64,000 nt of DNA from an uncultured bacterium (GCA_963749495.1 CAVVMW010000012.1:416001-480000), one strand, 5' to 3'. Shown: positions 10,495 through 21,814, numbered from the stretch's first letter. Program-made: numbers and translations. The notes: generated by a model from the sequence alone, not told the origin.

Positions 10495-10702
10495 AATGGT
10501 GGATTGAGAGACGATCAGAAGATCAACGGCTGACGATAAACAGTGCTCCTGCGGCCCTGATGGAGGCTGGTTCAGGCCCGCCCGCGTTGTATAGTTGTTC
10601 GCTCAGGTTTTCCCCCACAATCGGCTGGGGGTCAAGACAAATCGAGATGCCCGCCCGCAACGCTTATCGGCAGAACCGGCAAGAACTTTAGCCACTTCTT
10701 TT

Positions 10703-10806
10703 GCCCGTCCTGGGGCGCCGACGCCCGCAGCCAGGGCAGTGCGCCTGCCCGCTCCGCCGCTGCTGCGCCCGGAGACGGGCTCACTGCGGGGTGTCGGGAT
10801 ATGCCC
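10703..10806. repeat. Degenerate copy of element A (right half)
   Basis: gctgctgcgcccggagacgggc...gtgtcgggatatgccc. Confidence 0.5.
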
Positions 10807-10900
10807 GGGGGGCCTCCCCTATCGAAATTTACGACTTGCCAGCCGTCCTATAAAGGGTAAAAAGAGAACGAACAAACAGTCCGTTGGCGATTCGATATAT

Positions 10901-12220
10901 ATGAGTTACCACGACAAAGTGCCCGCCCTCAAAGTTGGCCAGGCAGAAGCGCCGGTCTCGTACCCGGTGCTGCGGCCGGTCGCATCGCAGCCGGTGAACC
11001 ATCGGATTGTTCCCGGCAAGATACCGGGCGCGCCCCGGTGCGCGCTGCTGGACAAGGTGCAGGATTTCAAGAGCGCAGACCAGTTGCGGGCCATGGGCCT
11101 TTATCCTTATTTCCGGGTCATCTCGTCGGCGCAAGACACCGAGGTGCTCATAGATGGCAAGAAGGTGTTGATGTTGGGGTCCAACAGCTATCTGGGCCTG
11201 ACCAATCACCCGAGGATCAAGGAAGCGGCGCGGGCAGCGGTCGAGAAATACGGCACCGGCTGTGCCGGCTCTCGTTTCCTCAACGGCACCCTCGATATCC
11301 ACATCGAACTGGAACGGGAGCTGGCCCAACTGGTCCGCAAAGAGGCCGTCCTGCTCTACAGCACAGGTTTCCAGGTCAACCTCGGCGTCATCAGCGCCCT
11401 GGTCGGCAAAGGCGAATACGTGCTGGGTGACAAGAGCAACCACGCCAGCATCGTCGAGGGGTGCCTGGTCTCGCAGGGCAAGTTCCTCCGTTTTCCCCAC
11501 AAGGACATGGCCGCCCTGGAGAGCCGCCTGCGCAACCTGGAGCCCGACCCCGGCAAACTCATCGTCGCGGACGGCGTCTTCAGCATGGAGGGCGACATCA
11601 TCCCGCTGCCGGAGCTCTGCCGCATCGCCACCCGCTACGGGGCGGCGGTGATGATCGATGACGCCCACGCCATTGGCGTCCTGGGCAAGAACGGCGCCGG
11701 CACGGCCAGTCATTTCGGGCTGACTGACCAGGTCGGGCTCATCATGGGCACCTTCAGCAAGTCGCTGGCCAGCCTGGGTGGCTTTATCGGTTCGGACGCC
11801 CAGACCATTGATTACCTCAAGCACCACTCCCGCCCGCTGATCTTCAGCGCCAGCATGAGCCCCGCCAATGCGGCGTCGGTCCTGGCGGCCCTGCGCATCA
11901 TGACCCAGGAACCCGAGCGCATCGCCCGGCTCTGGCAGAATACGGCCCGGATGAAGGACGGGCTCGACCGCCTGGGCTTCGACATCGGCGATTCTCAAAC
12001 CCCCATTTTGCCCCTCTATTGCCGCGACCTGCTGGTCGCCTTCAAATTCTGCAAACGGCTCCATGAGGAGGGAGTCTTCGTCAACCCGGTCGTCTCCCCG
12101 GCAGTGGCGCCCGGAGAGGAATTGATCCGCATCAGCCTGATGGCAACCCATACCGACCAGCACATCGACTTCGCCCTCGACAAGCTCGGGAAGGTGGGCA
12201 AGGAGTTGGCGCTGATCTGA
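10901..12220 (+). CDS. PLP-dependent alpha-oxoamine synthase, serine palmitoyltransferase-like
   Basis: [51 protein letters not shown]. Confidence 0.8.
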   Translation: MSYHDKVPALKVGQAEAPVSYPVLRPVASQPVNHRIVPGKIPGAPRCALLDKVQDFKSADQLRAMGLYPYFRVISSAQDTEVLIDGKKVLMLGSNSYLGLTNHPRIKEAARAAVEKYGTGCAGSRFLNGTLDIHIELERELAQLVRKEAVLLYSTGFQVNLGVISALVGKGEYVLGDKSNHASIVEGCLVSQGKFLRFPHKDMAALESRLRNLEPDPGKLIVADGVFSMEGDIIPLPELCRIATRYGAAVMIDDAHAIGVLGKNGAGTASHFGLTDQVGLIMGTFSKSLASLGGFIGSDAQTIDYLKHHSRPLIFSASMSPANAASVLAALRIMTQEPERIARLWQNTARMKDGLDRLGFDIGDSQTPILPLYCRDLLVAFKFCKRLHEEGVFVNPVVSPAVAPGEELIRISLMATHTDQHIDFALDKLGKVGKELALI

Positions 12221-12300
12221 AGGTCGAGGGTCGAGTGCCGAGGGTCGAGGGTCGAGGGAACGGATCTCCGTCCCTCGCCCCTCGCCCCTGGGCCTCGCCT
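12221..12300. repeat. Heptamer repeats (GGGTCGA)n with an inverted (CCCTCGC)n arm
   Basis: Starts immediately after the stop at 12220. Confidence 0.75.
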
Positions 12301-12326
12301 TGCGGTGCGCAGACTTCTGAATTGCC

Positions 12327-13316
12327 GTGGATCATTTGCCTTTGAAGATCCTCCTTACAGGCGCCAGCGGCTTTGTCGGCAGTCACGTCCTGGACAAGCT
12401 CCGAGCCAGGGGGCTGCCCACGGCCATTCTCCTGCGGCCCAGCAGCCGCAGCCGCTTCATCGAGCCGCACCTTTGCTGGGCAGAGACCCGGCCGGGCTCG
12501 ATCCTGGAGCCGGCGGCCTGCAGGGTGGCCATGGCCGGCATCACCCACGTCATCCACTGCGCCGGCTGCACCAAGGCCGCCCGCGCCTCGGAGTTTTACC
12601 AGGTCAACCAAACCGGGACCCGCAACGTCATCGAAGCGGCCAACGCCCAGGCCGGGGTGCAGCGGCTCCTGTACCTCTCCAGCCTGGCCGCCGCAGGACC
12701 GGCCTTGCCCTCCAAGCCGCTCCTCGAGACCGACCCGCCACGCCCCGTCTCCGATTACGGCAAGAGCAAGCTGGCGGGCGAGGGCGAGGTGCTGCGCCGA
12801 TGCCGCCCGGAATTCGTCATCCTGAGGCCCCCGGGTGTATATGGGCCGCGCGACGGCGAGTTTCTCAGGCTGTTCAAGGCCGTAAAGGCCCACCTGCTTC
12901 CCCGGCCGGGCCGGCAGGCCCTGAGCCTGATCTTTGCGGAGGACCTGGCCGAGGCCGTGGTGACCTGCCTCGACCATCCCGCAGTGGCCGGGAAGACCTA
13001 CTTCGTGGCCTGCCCTGAGGTCGTGACAGCCCGTGGGATGGCGGCGGAGATCGCCGCGCAGATGGGGGGCTGGACCCTGCCGCTGCCGCTGCCGGCCGCC
13101 GCGCTCTGGCCGCTCTGCCTGGCGCAGCAACTGCACTCGCGCCTGACGGGCAAACCCAACCTGCTCAGCCTCCAGAAGTTTGCCGAACTGCGCGCCCCGG
13201 GGTGGGTGTGCGACCCGGGCCTGTTCCGCCTCCAGACCGGCTGCCCCTGCCCCACCACGCTCCAGCCCGGCATCGGCCGGACCCTCCAGTGGTACCGGGC
13301 CAACGCATGGATCTAA
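12327..13316 (+). CDS. NAD-dependent epimerase/dehydratase (extended SDR)
   Basis: TGASGFVG, HCAG, SSLAA, YGKSK, RPPGVYGP. Confidence 0.9.
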   Translation: MDHLPLKILLTGASGFVGSHVLDKLRARGLPTAILLRPSSRSRFIEPHLCWAETRPGSILEPAACRVAMAGITHVIHCAGCTKAARASEFYQVNQTGTRNVIEAANAQAGVQRLLYLSSLAAAGPALPSKPLLETDPPRPVSDYGKSKLAGEGEVLRRCRPEFVILRPPGVYGPRDGEFLRLFKAVKAHLLPRPGRQALSLIFAEDLAEAVVTCLDHPAVAGKTYFVACPEVVTARGMAAEIAAQMGGWTLPLPLPAAALWPLCLAQQLHSRLTGKPNLLSLQKFAELRAPGWVCDPGLFRLQTGCPCPTTLQPGIGRTLQWYRANAWI

Positions 13317-13358
13317 GGCGCCAAGCCACCAGGTCCCCTCGGACGCTGCGAGGAAGTC

Positions 13359-13594
13359 GAAATCCGAAATCCGAAGCACGAAATCCGAAACAAATTCAAA
13401 ATTCAAAAAAGAAATGTTCAAAACCCGGGGGCTGCTGGCGTATCGAGCGCTTCAACGAACGTCCAGAGCGGCTGAACCGGCAGAATTCGGACAGTTGCGT
13501 CAATGCCCAAAACTCCTTTGACCTTCGAGTTTTGAACATTTGAGCTTTGGATTTTGAATTTGTTTCGGATCTTGGATTTTGGATTTTGGATTTC
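13359..13594. repeat. Long inverted repeat built from (AAATCCG)/(GGATTTT) heptamers
   Basis: aaatccgaaacaaattcaaaattcaaa...aaatgttcaaaac versus gttttgaacattt...ttttgaatttgtttcggat, between convergent genes. Confidence 0.8.
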
Positions 13595-13633
13595 CGGCTC
13601 CCCCTTCTGCGTTTTCTGCGTGTTCCGCGGGCA

Positions 13634-14564
13634 TTACTTCTGCGCTCCAGCCAGCACGGTCTCGAAATGGGGCGGTTGCTCCTCGCGGGCCACGACGTTG
13701 ATCTCGATCTTCTTGAAGCCGGCCTCCTCGAGCCAGCGATGAAGGTCGCTCTCGGCAAAACCGAGCCAGTGGTCGCCGTAGAGTGTGTGGGCCTCCTCGA
13801 ATTTGTGCCGCGCCAAATCCAGAATCATGACCTGGCCGCCGGGCTTGAGAATCCGCCAGGCACCGGCGATGGCCCGCGCCGGTTCGACGGCGTGGTGCAG
13901 CGCCTGGCTTAGGATGACAAGGTCCACGCTCTCGGGTTCCACCGGCGGGTCCTGCAAATCCCCGAGCCGGAACTCAAGGTTCTTGAGATTGTTCTTCCGG
14001 GCCTTGGCCGCGCCGAAAGCGACGATCTTCTCGGAGTTGTCCACCGCGATGACCTTCTTGCAGCGCCGGGCCAGCAGTTCGCTGAGCAGTCCCTCGCCCG
14101 ACCCCAGGTCCGCCACCACCAGGGGCGGCAGCACCCGCAGCAGCAGGTGCCCAAAGGCCTGCCACGAGCGGCCCGGGCCATACACCCGGTCGAACCGCCC
14201 GGCCACCTGGTTGAAAAAGACCTGCGCCTGCTCCCGGCGGCGATTGAGTATCCGCCTCAGGTTGATCTGGTCGCCGGCGTGCTCGGGCAACTCCCGGGCG
14301 CCGCGGATGGCCAGTTGGGTGAACTCCCCTGCCCCGCCCTCGGACTGCCGGCTCAGCTTGTAGAAGGTCCGCTTGCCCTCGCGCCGCGCCTGGACCAGGC
14401 CACAATCCAACAGCAGCCCCAGGTGCGTCGAAATGCGCGACTGCCCCATCCGGGTGATCTCCTGCAGTTCGTTGACCGACAGACTCATCCTTCTCCAGCA
14501 GCGCCACGATGCGCAGCCGCGTCGGGTCCGACAACGCGCGCAGGTATTTCAGGGTGTTGGGCAT
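13634..14564 (-). CDS. sahR: ArsR-HTH / class I methyltransferase fusion regulator (SahR-like), 1-bp indel near 14485
   Basis: LRALSDPTRLRIV..LSVNEL..QSRISTHL (ArsR) fused to VADLGSGEG, VDNS, SQALHH, LKPGG; divergent from metK-ahcY. Confidence 0.75.
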
Positions 14565-14589
14565 GAGGCCAGGATTTTGTCGGACGTTC

Positions 14590-15358
14590 TCATCCGAAAA
14601 GCTGATCAAATGTTGCCCTGCTGTGCTGGTAGAGGCGCTCCGCGAAATCGTTCACGTACAACATGTCGGGCGAAAACCGCTGCGCCCGAACACGAATAGC
14701 AAACCCCGGCGCGGTTTTGTCGGGAGTAAAAAAAACCAACCCAATTCCGAACAGCAGACAAAGTGCCTCGAGTTCGTCGGTTGTCCTCTTCGGCCAGCGT
14801 GTTGGGCATGACCGCATAGACTTTGGTTGAAAAGAGCCGGTAAGCGATCGCCTGGCCAAACGCGACCACTGGCGCTTGCGGATCAATCTTGATTTCTGCT
14901 GAGACTATCTCAATGTCGAACTTGATCCTGTGCGAAGCAAGAGGCTTGTAAGCGCCAATGACATCCGGGGTGCCCCATTTTCCCTTCATGGCGGCTCCTC
15001 CAAGGCTCATGGCTACTGTGACCTCACCGAGATTAGTCTTGAGGTACTGGGCGAATGGTGCGTAAAATTCCTCCTCAGTTACCCTGACGCCAGTGGGTTT
15101 CCCCACCGCCTGCGCAGTTTGGCCTTGTTCAGTGCCATGGAGGCCAGCAGGCTTGTAGAGGCCGCGGCTGGGCTTGAGGATCTCTGAGGGCAAGTTCACG
15201 TCGAGACAGCAGACTTGCGTCTCGATCATGTTGCGGTTTGTCTCGGGGTGCATCGCAACCAATTGCTTCACGATCTCCCCGTAGCGAATGCCCTGGGGAT
15301 TCCTCAAAATGATTTCCTTGGCTGCCTGTCGGACTTCGCTCGTAGTTAGTTTGGCCAT
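14590..15358 (-). CDS. Hypothetical protein with N-terminal winged helix and PD-(D/E)XK nuclease-like domain (indel near 14780)
   Basis: EEEFY, TPDVIG, AEIK, GQAIAY pattern; ORFs 14606-15415 and 14590-14886 join; AT-richer than the flanks. Confidence 0.6.
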
Positions 15359-15586
15359 AGAATTCGCTCTCCCTGGCGGTCTTGGTGGGGCCCGAGCCGC
15401 TGCACCAGCGCGCAAGCGGACTCCCAGGTCAGCATTGGTTCGACAAATGCTCGGGCCACGTTCACGACCCGAGAATAATCACTAATATCCCTGGTATTCA
15501 AGAGGCTTTCTGTTCCAGTTTGCTCTTCCGGCGTTGAAAAACCTGTTGAAGCCATGCCGAGATTGCACTTATATTGGAACCGAATC

Positions 15587-15976
15587 ATGGAAACGAGAGC
15601 GGCAACCCGGAAACGCGGCGGGCGTCACAAGCGAGCGTATCGCCATAAACGGCCGCTAATTGCGCAGGAGCAGATTCAGGCCTATTGCGACGCGGTAGCC
15701 CGTGAGTTCCGGCCTCGGAAGATAGTGCTGTTCGGCTCCTACGCTTATGGCCAACCCACACCGGATTCGGACGTGGATCTGCTCGTGATTCTGGCGTTCC
15801 GGGGCAGCGACGTTTCCAAGGCCATCCAGATCGGCTCGCGTTTCGACGCGCCGTTTCCGCTCGATTTGCTCGTCCGCAAGCCCCAGTTCATCGCCGAGCG
15901 CCTCCGGGAGCGGGACATGTTCATCGAATTGGTGATGACTCAGGGCCGAGTGGTTTATGAAGACCAGCACGCGTGA
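15587..15976 (+). CDS. Minimal nucleotidyltransferase (MNT) antitoxin
   Basis: VLFGSYAYG..PDSDVDLLVI. Confidence 0.9.
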   Translation: METRAATRKRGGRHKRAYRHKRPLIAQEQIQAYCDAVAREFRPRKIVLFGSYAYGQPTPDSDVDLLVILAFRGSDVSKAIQIGSRFDAPFPLDLLVRKPQFIAERLRERDMFIELVMTQGRVVYEDQHA

Positions 15977-16347
15977 GTGGGTGGCGAAGGCGGAAGAGGA
16001 CTTCGTGGCCGCGGGCATCCTTGCCCGACTGCGGAAGAAGCCGCTCTGGCCGCTGGTCTGCTTTCACGCCCAACAATGTGTCGAAAAGTACCTCAAGGCC
16101 CGCCTCAACGAGGCCTCAGTTCCTTTCCTGAAAACGCACGACCTCGACCAGTTGCTGAACCAAGCCCTAACGGTCGAGCCACTTTGGTCCACGTTCCGCC
16201 CCGGATTGAGACGCTTGAGGGGTGCCGCTATAGTTCCCCGCTATCCCGGCGGAGTACAGGACGAAGGCAGAGGCCCAGAGCGCCCTGAAAACGTCCCGGG
16301 CATTCCGCAAGGAGGCCCGCCTCTCCTTGGGGCTGCCGGCCAAGTAA
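15957..16347 (+). CDS. HEPN domain protein (indel near 16252)
   Basis: WVAKAEEDF, CFHAQQCVEKYLKA, KTHDL, RYPG; the shifted frame ends ARLSLGLPAK* at 16347. Confidence 0.85.
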
Positions 16348-16366
16348 CGGAGACCCCGGGTGCAGG

Positions 16367-16639
16367 TCAACCCGCACCGCGCATCTTGCCCCGGAACCGA
16401 ACCATCTTGCCCGCCTTCCGAGCCGCCTCTACCTCGCGGCCCACAAAGGCCGCAGCACGTTCCAACTGCGCCTCGCTCACGCCGTATTCCTGCAGTGCAG
16501 GATCGGCGCTGATCACCTCGACCGGCCGTAGCCCAATAACCTGCCCATCCACGACAATTCCGATGTCCTCACCTGCCAGCGCCCGCTTGAGCCAATAGCC
16601 CAGCCTTTGCCGGGCTGCGGCCACCGCCAAAGTCTTCAT
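16367..16639 (-). CDS. Orphan Phd/YefM-like antitoxin
   Basis: MKTLAVAAARQRLGYWLKRALAGEDIGI; TTGACA-18-TAGGCT promoter; no toxin follows. Confidence 0.6.
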   Translation of the reverse strand: MKTLAVAAARQRLGYWLKRALAGEDIGIVVDGQVIGLRPVEVISADPALQEYGVSEAQLERAAAFVGREVEAARKAGKMVRFRGKMRGAG

Positions 16640-16679
16640 AATGTGAGCCTAATGTCGCCTTTTCCCGCCTGTCAAGAAC

Positions 16680-16840
16680 CGGGCGCATCCTGAGACTACC
16701 CCCGCCACCGCCGCCGAAGGGCCGGAGCGCCGGCTTCAGCCGGCTTTGGACGTTCAACGTTCACAGGGACCCGGATGGGTTCAGGTGCGCGCAAGGCCGG
16801 CTGAAGCCGGCGCTCCGGGGGCGGTGTCGGGATGCGCCCG
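16680..16840. mobile_element. MITE-like element A with a different REP doublet (GGAGCGCCGGCTTCAGCCGGC)
   Basis: CGGGCGCATCCTGAGAC...GTGTCGGGATGCGCCCG; doublet arms at 16724-16744 and 16796-16816. Confidence 0.75.
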
Positions 16841-16867
16841 ACCAAAAACCACTTCGCAAATTCCCTA

Positions 16868-16922
16868 TTGACTTCTGGCACGACGCTCGTATCATCCTAT
16901 CCTGATACGTCAATATGACGTA
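16868..16922 (+). promoter_or_regulatory. metK promoter with overlapping palindromic operator (candidate SahR site)
   Basis: TTGACT 16868, TATCAT 16890; CGTATCA-N8-TGATACG 16888-16909; second palindrome TACGTCA-N3-TGACGTA 16906-16922. Confidence 0.6.
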
Positions 16923-16951
16923 ATGCAATTCGGTCCATTGAGCTTAATGAC

Positions 16952-18229
16952 ATGAGCAAGAACTATATCTTTTCTTCCGAGTCCGTCGGCGAGGGCCATC
17001 CCGACAAGGTCTGCGACACAATATCCGATGCGGTGCTGGACGCCTGCCTGGCGCAAGACCCCTACAGCCGCGTGGCGTGCGAGACCTACGCCAAGTGCAA
17101 CCTGGTGGTCGTGGGCGGCGAGATCACGACCAAGGCCAGGCTCGATTACAACCAGATCGCCCGCCAGGCGATCCGGGACATCGGCTACACGCACGAGGAC
17201 GACGTGTTTCACGCGGACCGGGTGCTGATTTTGAACGCGATCACCTCGCAGAGTCCCGACATCGCGCAGGGGGTGGACGCCCGGGCGGCGGAGGGCAAGA
17301 AGACGGCGGAGCAAGGGGCGGGCGACCAGGGCCTGATGTTCGGCTATGCCACCAACGAGACGCCTGAGTTGATGCCGGCGCCGATCATGTACGCCCACAC
17401 CCTGGGCCGGGAATTGACCCGGGTGCGCAAGAGCGGGGCGGTCAAATGGCTGCGGCCCGACGCCAAGAGCCAGGTCTCGGTGCAGTACATCGATGACCAG
17501 CCGGTGCGCATCACCAACATCGTGGTCTCAACCCAGCACGCCGCCGAGGTCAAGCACAAGACCATCGAGCGGTTCATCATCAACGAGATCATCAAGCAGG
17601 TCCTCCCAGCCCACCTCCTGGACAAGCACACGACCTATCTCATCAACCCCACGGGCCGGTTCGTCGTGGGCGGGCCCCAGGGCGACACGGGCCTGACCGG
17701 GCGCAAGATCATCGTGGACAGCTACGGCGGCATGGGCCGCCACGGCGGCGGGGCCTTCTCCGGCAAAGACCCCTCGAAGGTCGACCGCAGCGCCGCTTAC
17801 ATGGGCCGTTATGTGGCCAAGAACATCGTCGCCTCGGGCCTGGCCACCAGCGCCGAAATTCAGTTCGCCTATGCCATTGGCCACCCGGACCCGGTCTCGG
17901 TCTGCGTCAACACTTTCGGCACCGGCAAGATTCCGGACGAGGAAATCGAGCGGGCCGTGCGCCAGGTCTTCTGCTTCAAACCCGCCGCCATCATCAAGCA
18001 CCTCAACCTGCTCCGCCCGATTTACTCCAAGACGACCAACTACGGGCATTTCGGCAAGACCGACCCGGATATCACCTGGGAGAGGACCGACCAGACCGAG
18101 GTCCTGCGCCAAGCGGCCGGCAAGTGCGCCGCGGCAGTCGTCGCCCCGGCGACGCTCCGGAAGGCGGCGGCGCTGGTGGGCGGCGTGCCGGCCTCGCGCC
18201 GCGCGGTCCGCCCCCACCTCGGCGCTTGA
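16952..18229 (+). CDS. metK: S-adenosylmethionine synthetase
   Basis: [52 protein letters not shown]. Confidence 0.98.
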   Translation: MSKNYIFSSESVGEGHPDKVCDTISDAVLDACLAQDPYSRVACETYAKCNLVVVGGEITTKARLDYNQIARQAIRDIGYTHEDDVFHADRVLILNAITSQSPDIAQGVDARAAEGKKTAEQGAGDQGLMFGYATNETPELMPAPIMYAHTLGRELTRVRKSGAVKWLRPDAKSQVSVQYIDDQPVRITNIVVSTQHAAEVKHKTIERFIINEIIKQVLPAHLLDKHTTYLINPTGRFVVGGPQGDTGLTGRKIIVDSYGGMGRHGGGAFSGKDPSKVDRSAAYMGRYVAKNIVASGLATSAEIQFAYAIGHPDPVSVCVNTFGTGKIPDEEIERAVRQVFCFKPAAIIKHLNLLRPIYSKTTNYGHFGKTDPDITWERTDQTEVLRQAAGKCAAAVVAPATLRKAAALVGGVPASRRAVRPHLGA

Positions 18230-18273
18230 GCGGGGCACAACCCAACTTGGCAATCCAAACTCAAGAAACACGT

Positions 18274-19740
18274 ATGCCAACTCTAACGAAACACAATGGC
18301 AGGAAAAGGGCCATGGCCGGCCCCAAGGCCGCCACGGCGCCTGATTACAAGGTCCGGGACATCACCCTCGCTGAATGGGGCCGCAAAGAGATCTCCGTGG
18401 CGGAGCACGAGATGCCCGGGCTCATGGCCATCCGCGCCAAGTACGGCCCGCAGAAGCCCTTCCAGGGCGTCCGCATCTCCGGCTCGCTGCACATGACCAT
18501 CGAGACCGCGGTCCTGATCGAGACGCTCTGCGAGTTGGGCGCCTCGGTGCGCTGGGCCAGTTGCAATATCTTCAGCACCCAAGACCAGGCCGCCGCAGCC
18601 ATCGCCACGACCGGCGTGAGCGTCTTCGCGTTCAAAGGCGAATCGCTCGAGGAATATTGGGACTACACCCTGGCCGCGTTGACCCACCCAGGCGGCCTGG
18701 GCCCGCAACTGGTGGTCGATGACGGCGGCGACGCCACGTTGCTGCTGCACAAGGGCCATGCCATGGAGCACGGCAGCGACTGGGTGAACACGCCCGGCAG
18801 CAGCCACGAGGAAGAGGTCATCAAGCAGCTCCTGAAGCGTTGCGCCAAGCAACGCCCAGGCTGGTTCACCCAGGCCGTCCAGGACTGGAAAGGCGTGAGC
18901 GAAGAGACCACCACCGGCGTGCACCGGCTCTACCAGATGCTGGACCTGGGCCTGCTCCTGGTCCCCGCCATCAACGTCAACGACTCCGTCACCAAGTCCA
19001 AGTTCGACAACCTCTACGGTTGCCGTGAATCGCTGGCCGACGGCCTCAAGCGCGCGCTGGGTGTGATGATCGCCGGCAAAACCGCCGTCGTGTGCGGCTA
19101 CGGCGACGTCGGCAAAGGCAGCGCCCACTCGCTCCGGGGCTTCGGCGCCCGCGTCATCGTCACCGAGATCGATCCCATCAACGCCCTCCAGGCCGCTATG
19201 GAGGGCTTCCAAGTCGCCACGGTCGAGGACACCCTCGGCCAGGCCGACATCTATGTCACCTGCACCGGCAATTGCGACGTCCTCACCCTCGATCACCTTC
19301 TCCGGATGAAGGACCAGGCCATCGTCTGCAACATTGGCCATTTCGACAACGAAATCCAGGTGGACCGTCTCAACGCCGCCAAGGGCGTTTCCAAGGTGAA
19401 CATCAAACCGCAGGTCGACCGCTATGACCTGCCGGGCGACCGCAGCCTCTATCTTCTGGCCGAAGGCCGACTCGTGAACCTGGGTTGCGCCGAGGGCCAC
19501 CCCAGCTTCGTGATGTCCAACTCCTTCACCAACCAGATCCTGGCCCAACTCGACTTGTGGGCCAACCGCGACACTTACAAACCCAACGTCTATCGCCTGC
19601 CCAAGAAGCTCGACGAGGAGGTCGCGCGGCTGCACCTGGAGCGGATCGGCGTCAAGCTCACCAAGCTCACCCACAAACAGGCCGCCTACATCGGCGTGCC
19701 CCTCGACGGACCTTACAAAGCCGAGCATTATCGGTATTGA
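18274..19740 (+). CDS. ahcY: Adenosylhomocysteinase
   Basis: [47 protein letters not shown] end. Confidence 0.98.
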   Translation: MPTLTKHNGRKRAMAGPKAATAPDYKVRDITLAEWGRKEISVAEHEMPGLMAIRAKYGPQKPFQGVRISGSLHMTIETAVLIETLCELGASVRWASCNIFSTQDQAAAAIATTGVSVFAFKGESLEEYWDYTLAALTHPGGLGPQLVVDDGGDATLLLHKGHAMEHGSDWVNTPGSSHEEEVIKQLLKRCAKQRPGWFTQAVQDWKGVSEETTTGVHRLYQMLDLGLLLVPAINVNDSVTKSKFDNLYGCRESLADGLKRALGVMIAGKTAVVCGYGDVGKGSAHSLRGFGARVIVTEIDPINALQAAMEGFQVATVEDTLGQADIYVTCTGNCDVLTLDHLLRMKDQAIVCNIGHFDNEIQVDRLNAAKGVSKVNIKPQVDRYDLPGDRSLYLLAEGRLVNLGCAEGHPSFVMSNSFTNQILAQLDLWANRDTYKPNVYRLPKKLDEEVARLHLERIGVKLTKLTHKQAAYIGVPLDGPYKAEHYRY

Positions 19741-19769
19741 GCCCAAATCATCTTCTAGATCGAGTATTA

Positions 19770-19880
19770 CTTCTTCTGGTCCGCGTGGCGAGGGACTTTC
19801 GGGCAGTGGCTCGACGCTACGAGAACGACATGTGGGTTTGGCTTTGGATTGGGAGCCATGCGGAGTTCGACCGTCAGTTA
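19770..19880 (+). pseudogene. C-terminal remnant of a ParE/RelE-like toxin
   Basis: VRVARDFRAVA...WVWLWIGSHAEFD; no N-terminus. Confidence 0.55.
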
Positions 19881-19893
19881 GGCTTCGGGCCAA

Positions 19894-21075
19894 TCACGCG
19901 GACGATCGCGGTCGCCCCGGGGATCCTCCCTCAGGCATGGGTTCGACGCGTCCGCCAAGGTAATCCCCCAGAAAAAGCTCGGCGCGGGCGTTGAAATCGG
20001 TGCGGTTTTCCGGTCTGGCGAAACCGTGGCCTTCGTCGGGATAGACGACATACGCGACCTTGCCGCCATTCTTCTCGATGGCAGCCACGATTTGTTCGGA
20101 TTCAGCCTGCTTCACCCGGGGATCATTGGCTCCTTGGCCGATGAGCAAGGGGCGAACGATCTTGCCGGCGGAATTCAGGGGCGAAGCTTTCTCGATCAAT
20201 TCGGCGTCCTTCGGATCGTCCACGTTGCCCATCCGCACGTCGAACATCGAGCGCAGGGGCTTCCAGTAAGGCGGGATCGTCCCGATGAGCGTCTTGAGGT
20301 TGGAGGGGCCGACGATGTCCACGGAGCAGGCGAAGACCTCCGGCGTGAAGGTGACAGCGGCAAGGGCGCAGTATCCGCCATAGGAACCGCCCATGATCCC
20401 GATCTTCTTCGGATCGGCGATGCCTTCCCGTACCACCCAATTCACGCAGTCAATGAGGTCATCGTGCATCTTGAGTCCCCACTGCTTGTTGCCGGCGTTG
20501 AGGTGCTTCTTGCCGTAGCCGGTCGAGCCCCGGAAGTTGGGCTGCAGGACGGCGTAGCCGCGGTTGGCCAGCCATTGAGCCAGGGCATTGAAGCCCCATT
20601 CATCGCGAGCCCACGGCCCGCCGTGCGGACACAGCACCATAGGGAGATTCCTGGCCGGCACACCGGCAGGCAGGGTGAGAAAGCTGTGAATCTTCAAGCC
20701 GTCGCGGGCACGGATGACCACCGGCTTCATTTCCGCCAGGGTGAACGCTTCGAGTTTTGGGCGCGACGTGAACAGGAAGCTGGCCTGCTTGGTGTGGCGG
20801 TCCCATTTGTAGAAGCGTCCCGGGGCGCGGTCGGATTGAAAGCCGACCAGCCAGGCGTCATCGGCCTCGGTCCGGCTGGCTACGAAGAAGTCGCCGTCAT
20901 TGACCTTGGCCAGGCCGGCAAAGTCCTCCTGGACCGATGGGTCAACCACCTGCCAGGTCGTTCGGCCCGGCGAGAACGCCACCGCCTGGACCACGTGGCG
21001 CCTCGGGTGGATCAAGACGTTGCCCGCATCAACTTCGGCGCTCGCGGCGAGGACTTTTTCAGCGCCAGTGGCAAT
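19894..21075 (-). pseudogene. S9 family (acylaminoacyl) peptidase lacking its N-terminal part
   Basis: PHGGPW, NFRGSTGYG, GGSYGG, GANDPRV, DEGHGF; the upstream sequence does not continue the propeller domain. Confidence 0.75.
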
Positions 21076-21357
21076 ATTCCTCTCTTGACCTCTATTGGGG
21101 AGCCCGAGTCACCGTCAAACTCCCACCAGGCCGCATTGGCCACGGCACGGTTGCCTGCAATGACCGCCCCGACAGCCCGTTGATCCCGGATGTTTTGAGG
21201 TGGCGGCATTGGGCCCGCCCTGAGCGAGTTCGCCAAGCCGACTGTGGCACGGATGATGAGTGCCGCGCGCATAGAGGTTCGAAGAATAGCGAACATTGCT
21301 CGAAGGACACCAGCCTGTTATCAGCCGGCGGAGCCTGGACCCAGCGTGAATAAGGGA

Positions 21358-21469
21358 AGAGACAGTGGCGAAATTAACCGCAAAGAACGCAGAGAACACA
21401 AAGAGCCCGGAATCAAGGCGTTTCTCTGCGATCTTTGCGTTCTTTGCGGTTAATTTTGCCACCGGCTCT
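21358..21469. mobile_element. Palindromic element with 34-bp arms built on a 9-mer (CGCAAAGAA) repeat
   Basis: AGAGACAGTGGCGAAATTAACCGCAAAGAACGCA / TGCGTTCTTTGCGGTTAATTTTGCCACCGGCTCT. Confidence 0.75.
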
Positions 21470-21524
21470 GAATAAACATGGCCCGGCTTGCACAGTTCGT
21501 TGAAGGCACCTATAGTTTGTCCGC

Positions 21525-21772
21525 ATGAGTTCACTTCAGGAAATCGAGATGGCCATAGGCAGTCTTTCGCCCGAGGACCAAGCCAGGTTGCTGCAAGACC
21601 TGCCCGCGCTCCTCCCGGGGTGGGAAGGGGAATTAGCGTGGCGGCGGATCATCCGCGACCCGGCCCCCAGTCCCGCTCTCTGAGCCTGGTGGACGCCGTG
21701 GATGCCGAGTTTCACGCGAATCCGAAGGCCTTTCCCGAAATCACCGAGACTGATTTCGAGCGTAACTCGTGA
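21525..21772 (+). CDS. Small antitoxin-like protein (indel near 21670)
   Basis: MSSLQEIEMAIGSLSPEDQARL...AWRRII...TDFERNS; TTGCAC-17-TATAGT promoter; GTGA overlap with the next start. Confidence 0.55.
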
Positions 21773-21814
21773 CTTCGCGCGGGACCACCGGGTTCTGGGC
21801 GCTCTATCGCAAGC
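21769..21814 (+). pseudogene. N-terminal stub of a ParE-like toxin, cut off by element G
   Basis: MTSRGTTGFWALYR coupled to the antitoxin stop and running into the MITE end. Confidence 0.5.

Noticed and set aside
16840..16951. SAM riboswitch upstream of metK
   Set aside because: Leader too short and no SAM-I/II core recognised; a palindromic operator fits better
21075..21300. Gene with LamG-like WWEFDGDSG motif
   Set aside because: Only a short fragment with no credible start; cannot be supported
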